Below, in pieces: positions 47,901 through 62,364 of a stretch of DNA of 64,000 bases. Source of the stretch: Lama guanicoe (lineage: Eukaryota); NCBI GenBank assembly GCA_013239625.1, contig MU053652.1, positions 1,054,001-1,118,000 of the forward strand. The letters run 5' to 3'. How positions within the stretch are numbered: the first letter of the stretch is position 1; every line of letters starts with the position of its first letter. A model generated the notes under the pieces. That model was not told the DNA's origin. It saw only the letters and a list, made by a program, of their open reading frames with translations, and did not search any database. The position numbers and the translations under genes are program-made.

Positions 47901-48399
47901 TACAAACAGTACTACACAATAACAGTATAACTTTAGTTTTGAAATGTTAACGTTGATGGAATAGTTTTCATAGAATTTCCCATTTCATTCTCACAATTGC
48001 CATGTAAAGTAGGTAAGAGCATTTTATTACTCTAGGGCTTGGGCGGGGTGAACTGGTCTATCTAAGGACACAGCGGGGTGGAGAGTTGAGCCCAGGTCTT
48101 ATCATTCTTTTCCAGGTTCTATGGCTCTACCTTTCACGAAGTAGCTTCAGACATTACTCTGCGTTCAAAGGTAGTACCAAATACCTGGAGGGAAGATTAA
48201 ATGGCTTATGATACGACAAGTGAGAGCTACAACCTCAACCCCAGTGCCAGGCAGAGTGCTCAGAGCATGGTGGGCAAAGCAATGCTGCATTACACACACT
48301 GCCCTAGAGTGCACCTGCCTTTTGAACTAAGAATTGTCTATTACCAGCTCATAGAGGATGCAGAATATGTCGTTGCTTCAATAGGATAATTGGAGGATC

Positions 48400-48537
48400 A
48401 GTAGAAAGAACCAGAAGTGAACATTTGTAGGCCCTATCCAGACCTACTGAATCAGAAACTCTGGGGTGGACGAGGCAATCTGTTTTAAGAGGTCCTTCAG
48501 GTAATTCTGATGCATACTCAAGTTGAAGGACCACTGG
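48400..48537. mobile_element. MER5A
   Basis: ccagacctactgaatcagaaactctggggtgg..caggtaattctgatgca. Confidence 0.85.
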
Positions 48538-48544
48538 CTTGGAC

Positions 48545-48707
48545 CAGGGGTCAGCAAGATTTTTCCATAAAGTACTAGATAATAAATGTTTTAGGCTTTG
48601 GAAGCCACACAATCTCCGTCAAGATTATTCAACTCTGCTATTTTAGAGCAGCCACAGGGAATATGTAAATGGATGGATAAGACTGTGTTCTAATAAAACT
48701 TTATTTA
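48545..48707. mobile_element. MER58A
   Basis: caggggtcagcaa..tgtgttctaataaaactttattta. Confidence 0.85.
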
Positions 48708-48960
48708 GATTAAGGAGGCCTCACTTGGTTAATGGTATTAAGGCACACCATGGTGAATATACTCATAGAATAAATTCCTGTAAGTAAAAATGATTTTTTA
48801 AAGTGTAAAGTGTTGTTTTATGAAACTACGAAGTCTTATTTATTTTTATTTTCTAATGACCCATTTCTAGTCTGATAACCTAGCTTTTCAGTATTACAAA
48901 GACACCTAAAGGTGTTGTTTTTCCTTTTTTAAAAAAACAAAATTATATTCCTTTTAACAT

Positions 48961-49491
48961 TGTATCAATTGTCTTTGCTGCTTAACAAACCAGCCCAAAG
49001 CTTAAAACTACCATCATTTAGTATTGTTCCTGATTCTATAGTTCAGCTGGGTGATTCCGCTCATCTGGGCCAGGTTTGGCTGATCTTCACTGGGCTTTCT
49101 TATGTGTCTATGATCAGCCAATACATTAGCTGGAGGTTTCCTGGTCTAGGATGGCCTCATGCACATGCCTTGAGGTTAGCAAGCTATTACCTGGGGTGAT
49201 GATGGTAACTGGGCCACACATCTCTCATAGGAACAAGCACATGGTAGCTGAACAGGGCTCTAAGAGAACTAGGGAAAGGCTGCAAGGCCCGCTTGAGGCC
49301 TCTGCTCAGAGCTGTGACAAGTCTCCTCTGCCATATTCTGTTGGTAATGCAGTTTACAAGGTCAGCCCAGGCTCAAGGGGTGGAGAACTAGACAAGTCCT
49401 CTTGATGGAAGGACCTGCGAAAGCACATTATAAAGTAATGTGGATTGAGGGAGAGGAATAATTGTGGCCATTTTTGCAAATAATCTACCAT
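48961..49491 (-). mobile_element. MaLR LTR (MLT1E/F-like)
   Basis: tgtatcaatt..gctgcttaacaaacc...ggccatttttgcaa..ctaccata. Confidence 0.8.
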
Positions 49492-49779
49492 AGAGCTGTT
49501 TTTAATTTTTAAGATTTGGCTTTCAGAAAGTTCTGAGAAAAACTGTGTTGATCATGAAGCCAACATGAAGTCCTGCATGACACTTTGGGTTTCTCTATTC
49601 CCACTGGTACACCTGGGAGAGAAGTACACTGACCTGCACACCTTATGAGACCTTAACGACCTGCCCGGTGCAGTGAGGAGAGGCCCAAGGACGTGGGATT
49701 ATTTTAGTCTCATTTGACAACACATGAAGCAAAAACTGTTTTGAAGCCATGGTCCATATCTTATATTCTCTCTCTCTCT

Positions 49780-50146
49780 CTTACTGAGATGCTATGTACA
49801 TGTAATAAAGTTCACACATGTTAGTGCCCAGTTCTAGGAGTTTTGACAAATGCATACAGTTGTTCAACCCCCAGCACAATAAAGATATAGACCTATTCCA
49901 TCACCTCAAGAAAAATCTCCCTGAGCACCTTCAGTCAACCCCACACTTTACCCCCAGCTGCTGGCAACCACTGATCTGTTTCCAGTTCCTATAGTTTCAC
50001 CTTTTCCAGAATGTCATATAAGTAGAATCATATGTATCTAATCTTCTGGTTCTGGCTTCTTTCCCTTAGCATAATTTCATTAAGATTTATCCATGTTGTG
50101 GCACATATCAGAAGTGTGTTCTCTTTTATTGCTGAATAGTATTCTT
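49780..50146 (-). mobile_element. Old L1 3' end
   Basis: ctggcaaccactgatctgtt..ttttccagaatgtcatata. Confidence 0.85.
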
Positions 50147-50454
50147 CAGGAAACTAACTTAGGCCAAGTTCACAGGTAGGTTTTAATGATACGAACATGT
50201 TCTTTTCTACTCCAAAGCCACTGGAATTATAATAGCAGCCATAAAAAGAAAAAAAATCTTTATTTTGTCCTGTAACATGCTAGTTATTTTCACAGTTTTC
50301 TCCTTCAAGTGGTTTCTTTCCTTTGAAGTTCTTAATAAGTGCATTTTAAAACAAGGTGTAAGTTTAAAGCTTACCTAATATAATCTAGTTATTATTTTTG
50401 AAAATAAATGTTTATTTTTTATTAAATTATCATAGGTGGATAATGTTTTTAACT

Positions 50455-51495
50455 ATTTTTTTGTTGAGTTATAATCATTTTACAATGTTGTGCCAAATTC
50501 CAGTGTAGAGCACAATTTTTCAGTTATACATGAACATGCATATATTCATTGTCACATTTTTTTCTCCATGAGCTACCACAAGATCTTGTATATACATCCC
50601 TGTGCTATACAGTATAATCTTGTTTATCTATTCTACATTTTGAAATCCCAGTCTATCCCTTCCCACCCCCCACCCCCTTGGCAACTGCAAGTTTGTATTC
50701 TATGTCTATGAGTCTGTTTCTGTTTTGTATTTATGTTTTGTTTCTTTTTTTTTAGATTCCACATATGAGCGATCTCATATGATGAGCGATCTGGTATTTT
50801 TCTTTCTCTTTCTGGCTTACTTCACTTAGAATGACATTCTCCAGGAACATCCATGTTGCTGCAAATGGTGTTATGTTGTCGGTTTTATGGCTGAATAGTA
50901 TTCCATTGTATAAATATACCACCAGTCACTTTACCCAGTCATCTGTCGATGGACATTTAGGCTGTTTCCATGCCTTGGCTATTGTAAATAGTGCTATCAT
51001 GAACATTGGGGTGCAGGTGTCATCCTGAAGTAGGGTTCCTTCTGGATATAAGCCCAGGAGCAGGCTTCCTGTGTCATATGTTAAGTCTATTCCTAGTCTT
51101 TGGAGGAATCTCCATACTGTTTTCCACAGTGGCTGCACGAACCTGCATTCCCACCAGCAGTGTAGGAGGGTTCCCTTTTCTCCACAGCCTCTCCAGCATT
51201 TGTCATTTGTGGACTTTTGAATGATGGCCATTCTGACTGGTGTGAGGTGATACCTCATTGTAGTTTTGATTTGCTTTTCTATGATAATTAGCAATATGGA
51301 GCATTTTTTCATGTGCCTATTGATCATTTGTATATTTTCCTTGGAAAATTGCCTGTTTAGGTCTTCTGCCCATTTTTGGATTGGGTTGTTTGTTTTTTTC
51401 TTATTAAGTCATATGAGCTGCTTATATATTCTGGAGATCAAGCCTTTGTCGGTTTCATTTGCAAAAATTTTCTGACATTCCGTAGGTTGTCTTTT
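50455..51495 (-). mobile_element. Young lineage-specific L1 (ORF2 C-terminal Cys-rich region and 3' UTR)
   Basis: 133-aa open frame containing [19 protein letters not shown]. Confidence 0.97.
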
Positions 51496-54400
51496 AAACA
51501 ATTTTTAAAAATCAAATAGTGCTAAAAGACAAAACTAAAACCCACAATCCCCTCCCCCACCATTTCCTGGCCACTCATAGTCCAACTCCTCCATTTTCAA
51601 TCCGTTTGTTTCTTCCGGTTTTTACCTTCATGTTTCTAAATCATACGTCTATACTGATAAAGTTTACATTATCCTTTCTGATGTTTTCGACTGACTTCAT
51701 ATTACATTAAGTGAAGATTTAGGTCTCTTACACACTTTCTTTCCCCTCCATCCAGACTTATAATGTAGTTACATCCCAATTAAAGGTTAAATTGACATCT
51801 ATTTTTATATTACATTTACATTATATATTATATATATATTATACAAATATATTTGCATTACATTATGATGACTCTACCACATAGTTTTCTATGATTGGTT
51901 CCTTTCTTGGACATTTTTTTTGACTGATGTTAATGATTATCTCATATTTTCATTTTCTGTTTTCTGTAGAAATATCTAATTTTTCATCCAACAATCTCTT
52001 GACACAATTTTCAATGCTGACACACTCATCGGATGATCAATCAGTTTCTTCTTTTTCCTGAAACTTTCAACTCTCTTGCTCCAGTCCTGACTGGTTTCTC
52101 CCTGGACTTGCTGCTCTAATTCTAAGAATTCTCTTTATCTCTCTCTCTCATGTTGAAGCCCCAGATTCTACTTCCCATATTTTCCTGTGCTTGTTTTAAC
52201 CCTTTTGGTGGAGTGCATTTTCTATTAGCTTCCTGAGAATGATTAATGAGAGAAAAAAAATTAGGTCCTTTTATACCTGAAAATGTCATGGCAATAAGGC
52301 TTGTTTCCCATGTCCTGGCAGCTGGGCATGGGGCAGGATATGGGGGTCTCACTGTTTTAAACATAAAGTTTTTTTTTAGCCTAGTGCCTATTCCATGCCT
52401 TCCACTGGGCTGCTGTTCCTCAGTTTGAAGATACTTTGTTTTAATGTCTCCTTGGTCCGGAGTATGTGAGGGATAGTCACCTGGCTCCTCAGGGTGGGCT
52501 GAGGCTTTGGTCGGTTCTCTCTGCTCCTTGTATAGAGTTTTTCTTAATTTTACCCCATTTTTAGCCCTTTCCTCATTCCTGATTTCTGTGATATTAAGTG
52601 TCTTAGAAATCCTATCATTAACCAACTTTCTAGGCTTCCTCCACTCTGCTACATCATTTAAACTCCTTCACTCATTTTCATATATCATAGTTTGAAGTTA
52701 CAGATGCTTCCTAATTTCATGGATTTTGGAGTTTGTGTTTTGCTTCTCATCATCCTTGTTGGTTGTGGGTGATATCTGAGAAGAAAAGGGGGCAGAAAAA
52801 ACCCCCACTATTCTGCCATCTTAAAATTGGAAATCTCTGATAGAATATCATTTTGATAGAGATTCTCAAATTGCCCTCCATACACTTTGTACCAGTTTAT
52901 ATACAACAACATGAAAGTGTCAGTTCCACATATCTTTACCATCTTAATATGTTAGCTTTTTAATCTCAGTCAATCTTAGTGAAAAATGGAGAAGGCAAAA
53001 TTTTACCTATACCTTTTGTAAAGGGCACTGAGACCTCATTCATTCTGAATATAGTCATTCAGTAAATACATGTCCTTGCATACAGATGTTTGTAGATAAA
53101 TTACTATAAACCCCTCTTTGGAAAATATCTCAAAGCTCACTTTTCTGGCAGTGGAGTCCCAGTAGGGTGTCTCCTGTCAGTGTCAGGAGAGTTATATTTA
53201 TATACGAGAACTTGCACATGAGTGGGCTTGTTTGTATATAATAAAGGGCCCAGGGAAGTGGAATCTTAAGACTTCTGGATCCTGTGCCATAATTCCCGAG
53301 TTTGCCCTCTCAGAGTTCCCTCCAGGGAGGCAAGTAGAGGTGATGGAAAGGCACTGGGAGATTTATTCTGCATTGTGTTTCCTTCTCAGGTTCCTGTCTT
53401 CTTAGCTCTTAGTTTTACACAGTATGTGTCCTCTAAGCTGTTCAAGGTGGTATAGCATCTCTTTGACAGTGAACATTTCGTAAACAGCACAATAGCCCAG
53501 CTGTTGACATCATGCTAAAGGGAAAAATTTGGCACAGAAGCTAATCCAAATCTCTGGGCTAATGTCACTGGCGGTGGTAGATGGAGCTGCTTAGAAGAGA
53601 AAGATCTGATTGGGAAGGGATCTATCCTCGTTTTTGAGAAATGAGAGCAGATGGGATTTTCCATTTAGTGGTCAGTTCTTCTCTGCTGAGGGTCCTTATT
53701 TATCTAGAAATATAAAGATACTCACAGGAGGTATACAAGGAGATTTGCCACATTTTAGCAAACTGAGTATACCAACTTGTGAAAATATTTGGCCAAGATG
53801 CTTCTTTCCTTGTTATTGACATTTCATGGCAACCTTCACTCCTAATTCCCAATCCCTCACCCATATCTGTGGTTAGGGTGGGGAAGTAATCCCAGTCCAG
53901 GGGAAAGCTTAAGGGAACAGACGAAGCAGAGTGCCTATGGAGTGTGGCAGATCAGCTACACAATCATCATGACACCGTCTCTTACTTTTTAAAATTTTTG
54001 TGTTGTTTTGTTTTGTCTGAGCCTTACCCGTTTTATCTTATCTTCAAAGGGTTACTCTCCTTAAAAATGTAAATGGGTCTTTAATGTTCTGAAAAATTTA
54101 AAAAACAACGATTTCATTTAGAGTTGATTTATAATTCTGAATCTACTTCACTGCATTTCATCACCCTCATTAAAAAGGCAAAATGGAAATAAACCTCTGT
54201 TTCCTCAGTATTCAACGAGAAAACACAACCATATACTCTGCCAGACTTTTCTAGAATATAGAATATAGTATATGGTTGTTTACAAGGATGTCTGCGTTGC
54301 ATTTCAGTGAAGTTTCTAAGCATAATTTTTAGTTCCCCTAGTGAATGCCTAACACCTGTGGGTCTTCAATGCCATGCTGTATTTCTACCTTACTTAAGAG

Positions 54401-57400
54401 ACACTTATTTCATCACTAAGGTTTTTTTGTTGTCACTTGACAAGGGAACAAAACGTTGACAGACTAAGCCCACAATAGCTTCTATCAATCAAGCACTTTG
54501 GGAAATCAGAAATGACAATGAAACCCACTGCATTAAATAACCCATGGTGCTGGGAATTAATCAGAAATCTGGTGTCGTTGAAAATAAATGAGTTTTTAAT
54601 AAATTAGGTTTGAGAATTACTTCCAAGCTGTGGATTATGGGTCTGTGCAGAGGTGGCTTCCGATTCACTGGGAAATCCACAGGGGATAACTGCTGCTAAA
54701 ATAGACAGGAAAATATGATCATTCCCCTGGAGAGAAGGGAATGGAGCTTACCCAAGTATGTGCAAGCTTCTCTCTCGCCCATTCGTACTTTGGCCGGGCC
54801 AGATCTTTGCATGAGGTCCTTACTTTCTGTGAGTTGACTTTGATATCCAACAACAAAAAATTTGCCCTACTTATGCTCTCACTCTCTCCATCTGCTTTTC
54901 ATCTTACATTTAAATTACCTGGAGTTTTAGAATGAATTATTTAAAATATGATGACACTCAATTTCATAATTAAATTTAACAAGTTTGTTTGGGAGACATT
55001 CAATGAATGATCTACAACAAGCATCAAGACCTGGTCTGTGAATCCCCAACAATGGATTGGAGTTGATACAAGGCAATCTACCAATTAGTTACGGAGGGCC
55101 TACTCTGGGTGAGATGCTAGGCTATACATTAGGAACACAGAATTGCCAAAGCTCTCAAGGATCTTAGATCTGCTTAGATTTGCTGTGGGGAAGTTGGATC
55201 TGAATACAAAGCAAGATGTCAGAAGTGCTCAGATGAAGTTGCAAATTGCTGTAGAATGGCAAAGGAAGAGCAGGAAACTCTAGTTTGAGGTTCCTCCTTT
55301 TGCCTTCCATCAGCCAGAGGGCATGATGATGCCATCCACAGAGGTCAGCCTCTGGGTCACAAAGCAGGATGGAGAATGATGGAGAGAGAATCTGAACATA
55401 CATTCAGAAAATCTGTAGCATAAGGACCAATTAAGAGTTATCAACATTTTTATATTAAAAAATTACACTAGAAGATGGTGAGTTTTCATTGAGAGTTTTA
55501 GGATAAGTGCTTTTTGAGGAAGAAATTAAATATTCTTGAGGACTTCAAGGATTTTCTATAGTCTACCTGACTAGTATTCCACAAAGCAGGACTCCTGAAT
55601 CTCTATCTTTATTCTTGACTTATCTCCTGGGTTCCAGACTCAGATTTCAGTTGATTGCTGGGCATGATTTCTGTGTCCCTAAGGCAGCCCTCCTCAACTA
55701 CTCTCTAAGTCCCCTGACCTTGAACTTCTCTATTTCTCTCACCTTATTGTATGAGCTACCACTTTAAGTTTCTTCCTCAGATCGTTAGATCACTGAACTC
55801 AAGACAAGGACGTGTCTCCTCTTCACCCTCTGTAATGTCTTGTGTAGAGCTTGCCTATCTCCATCTTGGGGAGAAATAGGAACTTTCTCTCCTAAAGTAG
55901 ATCTATCCCATGGGACTCACCCTAGTTTGCATGACCTTAGTTATTCCCAAACCATTCCATTTTTTAAAGCCATTTCCTCACTCTATTATTTGAGGGCAGG
56001 GACCATGTTTATTTGTGTTGATATGTTTCCTGGTGCCCCATTTTCAGAGGAAAGAACTTAACACTCAGTAGGAGACCAATGGCTACTGTTTCTGTTTTTG
56101 CTCTCACTGTTAATTGTGTCTGGAGTAAACCATGTCTCAGCTTGGGCACCATCTAAGCTTACTACACAAACCTCAGCGGAAGAACTAAGTCTGGAAGTGT
56201 TATATTAAAGATGGATGCCTGTGTTGTCAGGGCTCCCAGCTGGGAAAATTGCTTTCAGTTCAGCCAGTATTTAACTGCCTTGTCAGCAGACATGAATATG
56301 CAAAGGGTGAAAAAAGGCCACTGACAGATCACAGGGTGGCCTGGTGATCAGGCGTTAACTATCAAAGTTTGGACAGAACGAATCTTCAAGTGCTGCAGGT
56401 ATCAAGAAAAGTTCCAAAATTGTTCTGATCTCATTGAAATGGCTGTTAGACAAGACTGAAAAATACATGATTGTAACTATCCCTTTGTGGGTCTTTTCTG
56501 TGCTCATTTGAAAGAGGAATGGCAGCTCATAAAGAACTGTAACTTCCTCACAATCCAGAAGGTTTAACACAGAATTAAAGATATTGCAACCTTGTCGCTG
56601 AAATAATAGAAAGAAAATTGAATTATTCTTCCCATATTAAATGCATATATTCCTGAGTGTTTCTGCCAAAATGACTTTGCTAACCCATGGAGTGAAATAC
56701 ACTTTGTTTTCACATGGGGGCATTAAACAAAGCTGTGGCTCGACTATAACTGCTTAGAAGGGAACAGAAAACATCACAATGAAAAAGCACTCTCGACGTA
56801 TGGTTACATCAGCCCTAAATTGTATCACAGCTGCTTCTGGCACCATTAGACGGAACACTGGGTAATTTACAGAAGTCATTTTTAACAATTTGATTGTTGG
56901 TATATATCTGCTGAATTGATTGGTTGCGGGGACAGATCTTTATTTTTATAATAGCAATAACATCCTTTGCAGATTACTGCTCAATTTATTCCCGATGCTA
57001 ACATTACCGAGCAGCGCCTATCAGTTTATATTGGAAAAATATGTTCTTATTTCTTAATTATCTGTTTAATTGTAAGGAGACTATAGTCTCGTGATGCCCT
57101 GATTTGCCAGCACTGGGGAGCCTGCCAGAGTCTCCGAGTGTCTTACTGTTTGGCTTCGGGAGGACTCTTTGCAGCCTCATGATATTGACAATCTTTACCT
57201 CGGGGTATAAGAAGGCGCTTGTGCCCTGAATCAGAGCCGGCAGCACAGCCTGCTCGTCGGCGCCCCAGATGAAGTCTCCAAAAGCCAGCAACTGGCTTCT
57301 CCATTGACCTACTTTCCCGTTGATCTGCTCTTGCCAGCTCCAGTCATCAGGACTCCCTTGGGCACAAAGGGCCTCTCTGGAGAGTGATTGACGGGAGGGC

Positions 57401-57589
57401 AGGATTCAGAATGGATTCAGAATGGCAAAAATGGAAATTATACACACTTAGCCAGACTCATCTTCATCCCAACTGCTGCCACCACTAAATATAAACATAA
57501 GTCTATATAATAGTTGAGCGAATATAGAAAGCAACTACTATAATTAAGTCACATGATTTATATTTGCACACTATTTGTGAGATTTCTTT

Positions 57590-58690
57590 TATTTTTAAAT
57601 TATTGTTATTATGGTAAAATATATGTAACATAAAATTTACCACTTTTATCATTTGTAGGTGTTCAGTGACATTAAGTGCATCTACATTGTTCTGCAACCA
57701 TCATCACTGTCCATCTCCAGAACGTTTCTTCATGAACTGAAACGCTGTACCCATTAAACAGTAATCTTCCATTTCCCCCTCCCCTCAGCCCCTGACAACC
57801 ATCCACCTGCTTTCTGTCTATGAATTTGACTACTCTAGGTACCCTGTGTAAGTGGAATCATACAATAGCTACCCTTTTGTGTCTGATTTCTTTATTTAGC
57901 ATAATATTTTCAAGTTTTATCCATGTTGTAGCATATATCAAAATTTCGTCCCTTTTTAAGTCCGAATAATATTCCATTGTGAAGCAGCACAGAAATCATT
58001 GACCAGATAAAACTGGTTTTGCCTCCTTAAATAGGTTGTTGATTACCAAACCTGGAGTTATTTTACAGACACAGCACTTGTGCACGTGTGAGACAGGAAC
58101 CCATGTTTCCAGGCTGACCCTGGAACAAAGAATCTTCAGTCTACGGAATTTAAGGAACAGAAATATTGCTGCCAGAGCCCTTTGCAAAGCAAGAAATCCT
58201 TCAATAAGGAAAATCTGGCTTCCAGCAGCATGAGTAGCTTATACGGATGGATTGAAGACCAGCCAATCAGCTTCCAAGTTTGAAATTCCCCTAACCTCTT
58301 AAATTTTGCCCTAACCGTAGATCCGGGAGACAGATTTGAGCCCTGCCTCCTTGCTGGTTGACCTCACAATAAAGCTTCTTTTCTCAAAAACCAGTGCCAT
58401 AGTATTGGCTTCTGTGTGCATCAGGCAGAGAGCCCTTGATCAGTAACAATTGTATGGACAGACCATGTTTTATCTGTTCATTTGTCAATAGACAATTGGT
58501 TGTTGTGATTTTTTGTAGTGGTATGCTTTGATTCCTTTCTCTTTAGAGGTTTTCTTTGTGGTTAGCATGAAATTTATGTAAACATCTTATAGTCATAAAA
58601 TTCTATCTTAAGTTGGCTATTGTGAATAATGCTACCATGAACATGGGTGTAAAAATACCTTTTTGAGTCCTTGCTTTCAATTCTTTTGTT
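57590..58690 (-). mobile_element. L1MB-like 3' portion split by an LTR
   Basis: L1 reads gaataatattccattg|tatggacagacc across the LTR. Confidence 0.88.
57980..58448 (+). mobile_element. Solo ERV1 LTR (469 bp)
   Basis: TG...CA, 4-bp TSD attg (57976-57979 and 58449-58452), CCAAT at 58263, AATAAA at 58368. Confidence 0.88.
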
Positions 58691-59619
58691 CTTCGCCTAC
58701 TTTTTAGATGTACGGATCATCTCTTCCACCATGTGACCTGTCGGCAGCCTTAAGTGAGTAGGCCGTGGGACCCAGGCCAAAGTTCACAATAACTTGCACA
58801 TGGTAGGAAGTAAATGTACGCATGCGCTAGTAGCATGAGTCAGCAATTATGAACAATACACATGCGCCACTAGCATTATAAAAGGACAAGTGCATACACC
58901 TGAGTGCACAGACCACCCGCTTGTGCTGCACTAAAGTGCTGTTTTGCTCCATGTTGGCTCCTCACGCCTTCTTCCAGTTGGGCAGCTCACCTCCTCTAAT
59001 CCCTCTTCAGCCTCCCTCGGCTGACATGACCCTACCCAGAGTTCATCTCCCTGTAACTTACAGGTCCTGCCCATGACTTCCATGGTTACTACCTGGGTTT
59101 CACCCCTTCTCATTATCTGCATTCCCTGTGTCCCTTCTTCAACTCATCCAAGCCTCCTTTTCACCATCAGCCTTCAGTGGAAGAAGCAGAGGCCCAGAGT
59201 TTTAATACCCCCGTCTTTTTTCACTGATGCCCAACAGCCTAGGTGGGTCCCAGTCCCAAGCCTTCCACAGCTAAAAGTAATACTCCCTGATTTCCACCCA
59301 GCATCCTTCCTGAATACATGGAGCTCTCCTATCTGATTTTGAGACTCTGGCAAAAGGTAACGGTTGAGCACAAGCCCCAGAGTCAAAGGCCAAAAGCTGG
59401 AACTGTGATGATGATCTCAGCAGCTTTGAACGCCATCGGCACTATGGCAGGAGGAGACAGTCTTGTCCCGAGTGAGACCCAAGCTCAGGTAAAGAAAGCC
59501 CTCTCTCCACTAAGGGGAATAGATTGCTCGGGGACAGCAGCTTTTTCAGGGATTGTAATCACGCCTTTTCTCAATCACTTTGGTTTTTCGTTCTTTCATC
59601 ACAATTATTATTATCCTTA

Positions 59620-60040
59620 TTTTAGCTCATACTATTTGTTGCATGCTTACTACATACAAGGTACATAATAAGAAATTTACTCAAATTTTTTCTTATTATA
59701 TGTTTAACGATCTCCCTGTTAATAAAAGGCAGAATGCTCTTTGAAGCCAAACTGCCAAGTTCAAATCCCACTTACTAATGGCTCGAACCTCAGTTTCCTA
59801 CCCCTCAGTTTCCTCATGCAAGAGGGGACTAAAGAATGTATCTTGAAGAATTGTGAGAACTGATTGAGACAATTCATGGAAAGCGTTTAGAATCATGTCG
59901 AGCACATAGTCAGTACTTGATTAAATTTAGTTCTTGTTATTTCTCCGTCTTAAAGATCAAGAAACCCAGGCAGAGCAGGTTAACGAACTTGCCTGAGGCC
60001 ACACACTCCAAGTCTGTTGATTCTTAGATGCGTGCTCATC
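59620..60040. mobile_element. MIR cluster (both orientations)
   Basis: cctcagtttcctcatgcaa; ggttaacgaacttgcctgaggccacac. Confidence 0.7.
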
Positions 60041-61028
60041 ATACTCCTCAGGTTTACAGACACTTAACTCTGCTGCTCATGGAAGAAGAAATAGAACAAG
60101 CTCTATTTCAGCTTTTTATATACAAATTACAAATATATATCCACTTCAAGATACTGTGTTAGCTAGCCTACCACTACTTTAAGCTGCAAAGAGTAGATCA
60201 CAGAGTTAAATTTCTGCCTCTAATTTTTACTGACCTAAGGCAAGTGGATATCTAAAAGGCTGATATATCGATAATATCTTCCACGTACAAACACACATAA
60301 GGCACAGAGATTCCTTATCTCGCCCTCTGCTAAATATCTATTTGCAACATTTGCAGTGATTGGAAAGCAGACTATTAATCCTTTCTACTATCTCACCACC
60401 CTCATCACTCTCAGCAAATTGGTACACAAAAGACAGTGAACGTAGATGGCATTTCGCAGAGCCGGGCAGGGTCGCTACAGGTATGCCTTACACCTGTAGA
60501 AAGCTCCCCATTCGCCAAGAGGAAGGCCTGGAGAAGTCCTGCTCGAGGGCATTTCCAAGTCATCAAAGTAAAACCTTTTTAAAATCAGGACCATTTCAAA
60601 ATTGCCTTTAATAGACTTACTGAATTTTCTTGGGCTTTACTCAACTCAGAGGCAGTTTCACTTCTTTTCCCCCTTTCAGCAAGCCCCACACTGTGGTTGA
60701 CATCAGCTGGTTGTTGGGCATGACCCGTCTGACCACATGAAGGTAATATGGCAAATTGCTGAATGTAGATAGTTTTAAACTGAAGCAGGATTCTGCCTCA
60801 ATTGTGGATGGATCTCTGGACATAGATGTGAATTCGTCTTTGAAAGATAATGCCATGTAATTTGGAAATTATGGAATGAAGGTGAATTTCTCTTCTATGG
60901 AAGTACATGTCGAGATTTTATGGCAACTTTTCTTGCAGAAAACAAACTGACTGAAAAGCAAAGTGTGAAGCTTCTTTCAATGGCCACATCTTCTGATTCT
61001 ATAGAGAGAGACTGAGTGTGTGTATTGG

Positions 61029-61264
61029 GGAAAATACTGTATCTAGCTCAGGGATTGGTAAACACTTTCTGTAAAGGGACAGGTAGTAAATATTCTAGGT
61101 TTGCAGACCATATGGTCTCTATCACAGCTACTCAAGTCTGCCATCCAGGCAGGAAAGCAGCCACAGACATAAATGAGTGGGCATGATTATGTTCCAATAA
61201 AATCCTACTTACAGAAACAGGTTGTGGTCAGTTCGGCCTGTGGGTCACAGGTGGTCAGCCCCTG
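61029..61264. mobile_element. MER58A
   Basis: cagggattggtaaac..gttccaataaaa..gtcagcccctg. Confidence 0.85.
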
Positions 61265-62364
61265 TATTAGAGTCTGTGCTGGGTGCTTCATTTACTTTGT
61301 CTCAGTCATTCAGACCACTGAACACCAAGATATAGTCTAGTTAAGCTAACCTAACCCAGTTAAATTATATGAACACAGGTAAAGAGAGATTGTTCTCATG
61401 CATACGGTAAGGAACAGTAAATAAGGCAGGACCTAGACTTTTCTATATGTGCATTTAATGCTAGAAGAAAGTAAAGGAGGAACATCAGCAGAGTTCTAAG
61501 AGAAAGAGTGACCTGTGCATGTTACGTTATCCAAGAAGCCTTCACACTGAGGTGAATCAAAGAACTCAGGAATGGAGTCCATGATAAAAGTGTGGTGAGT
61601 GTTAAATACACTTGAATATAGAGTCAAATCTAGAACCAAAACTAGATTCCAAGAAACTATGGGAATTAAGCACAGAAATTAGAGTGAAACCTACAAGTAT
61701 GGATAATATAAAAACACAAGACAGCTAACACAAATCAAGCAGTGGGCAAAGGGAATTGGAAGAGATTGTGAGAATGCTGATGTCTAAAACAGAAAAATGT
61801 GATGACTTTGACCTACTACTTTCCATATTCGCCTTTTAGCTTTAGAGGGGTCTTTTAGAAAATTGTTTCCATTGTACTGAAGGAAATGTTTATTTGAAGT
61901 TCAATTCTTCTGTTTTACATCTATTAAAATAAAGTAAAATTAAGTTTAATTCTCTTAAAACTAGCATCTATAGTATGAGCTCATTTTTTAAAAAATGTAT
62001 TTCTATGTTTCTAGTTCCATTGTTGTGTTTTTAAAAGATGTTGTGGATAACAAAGAGTTTTTGGTTGTGTCACCCTAAATAAAAAATTGAATTTCAGTGT
62101 GAAGGGATTTGGGTTCCTTCTAAATTTTCAATTCTTTTAAAATAGCCATATTACTTCATTTATATCACGTGCAAGTAAATTTTTACAAAATGGTGGAGTG
62201 ATTTTCCATAAAGAAAAGAGTAACAGAAAAGAAATATATTAGTAGTAAAGTGTTTTTGGTGATGATACAAAAGATTGATTTCTTTTTGTTCACCCATATA
62301 GTAAAACAATTTTAAGGAAATCAATATGGATTTGTAAAAACATAGAATATATTGTTACAGAAGC

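Noticed and set aside
50926..51327. 133-aa Cys-rich ORF
   Set aside because: C-terminal part of L1 ORF2 in a truncated young copy.
52122..52695. Overlapping ORFs up to 167 aa
   Set aside because: Lie in or next to decayed L1-like sequence, with no splice chain and no recognisable protein.
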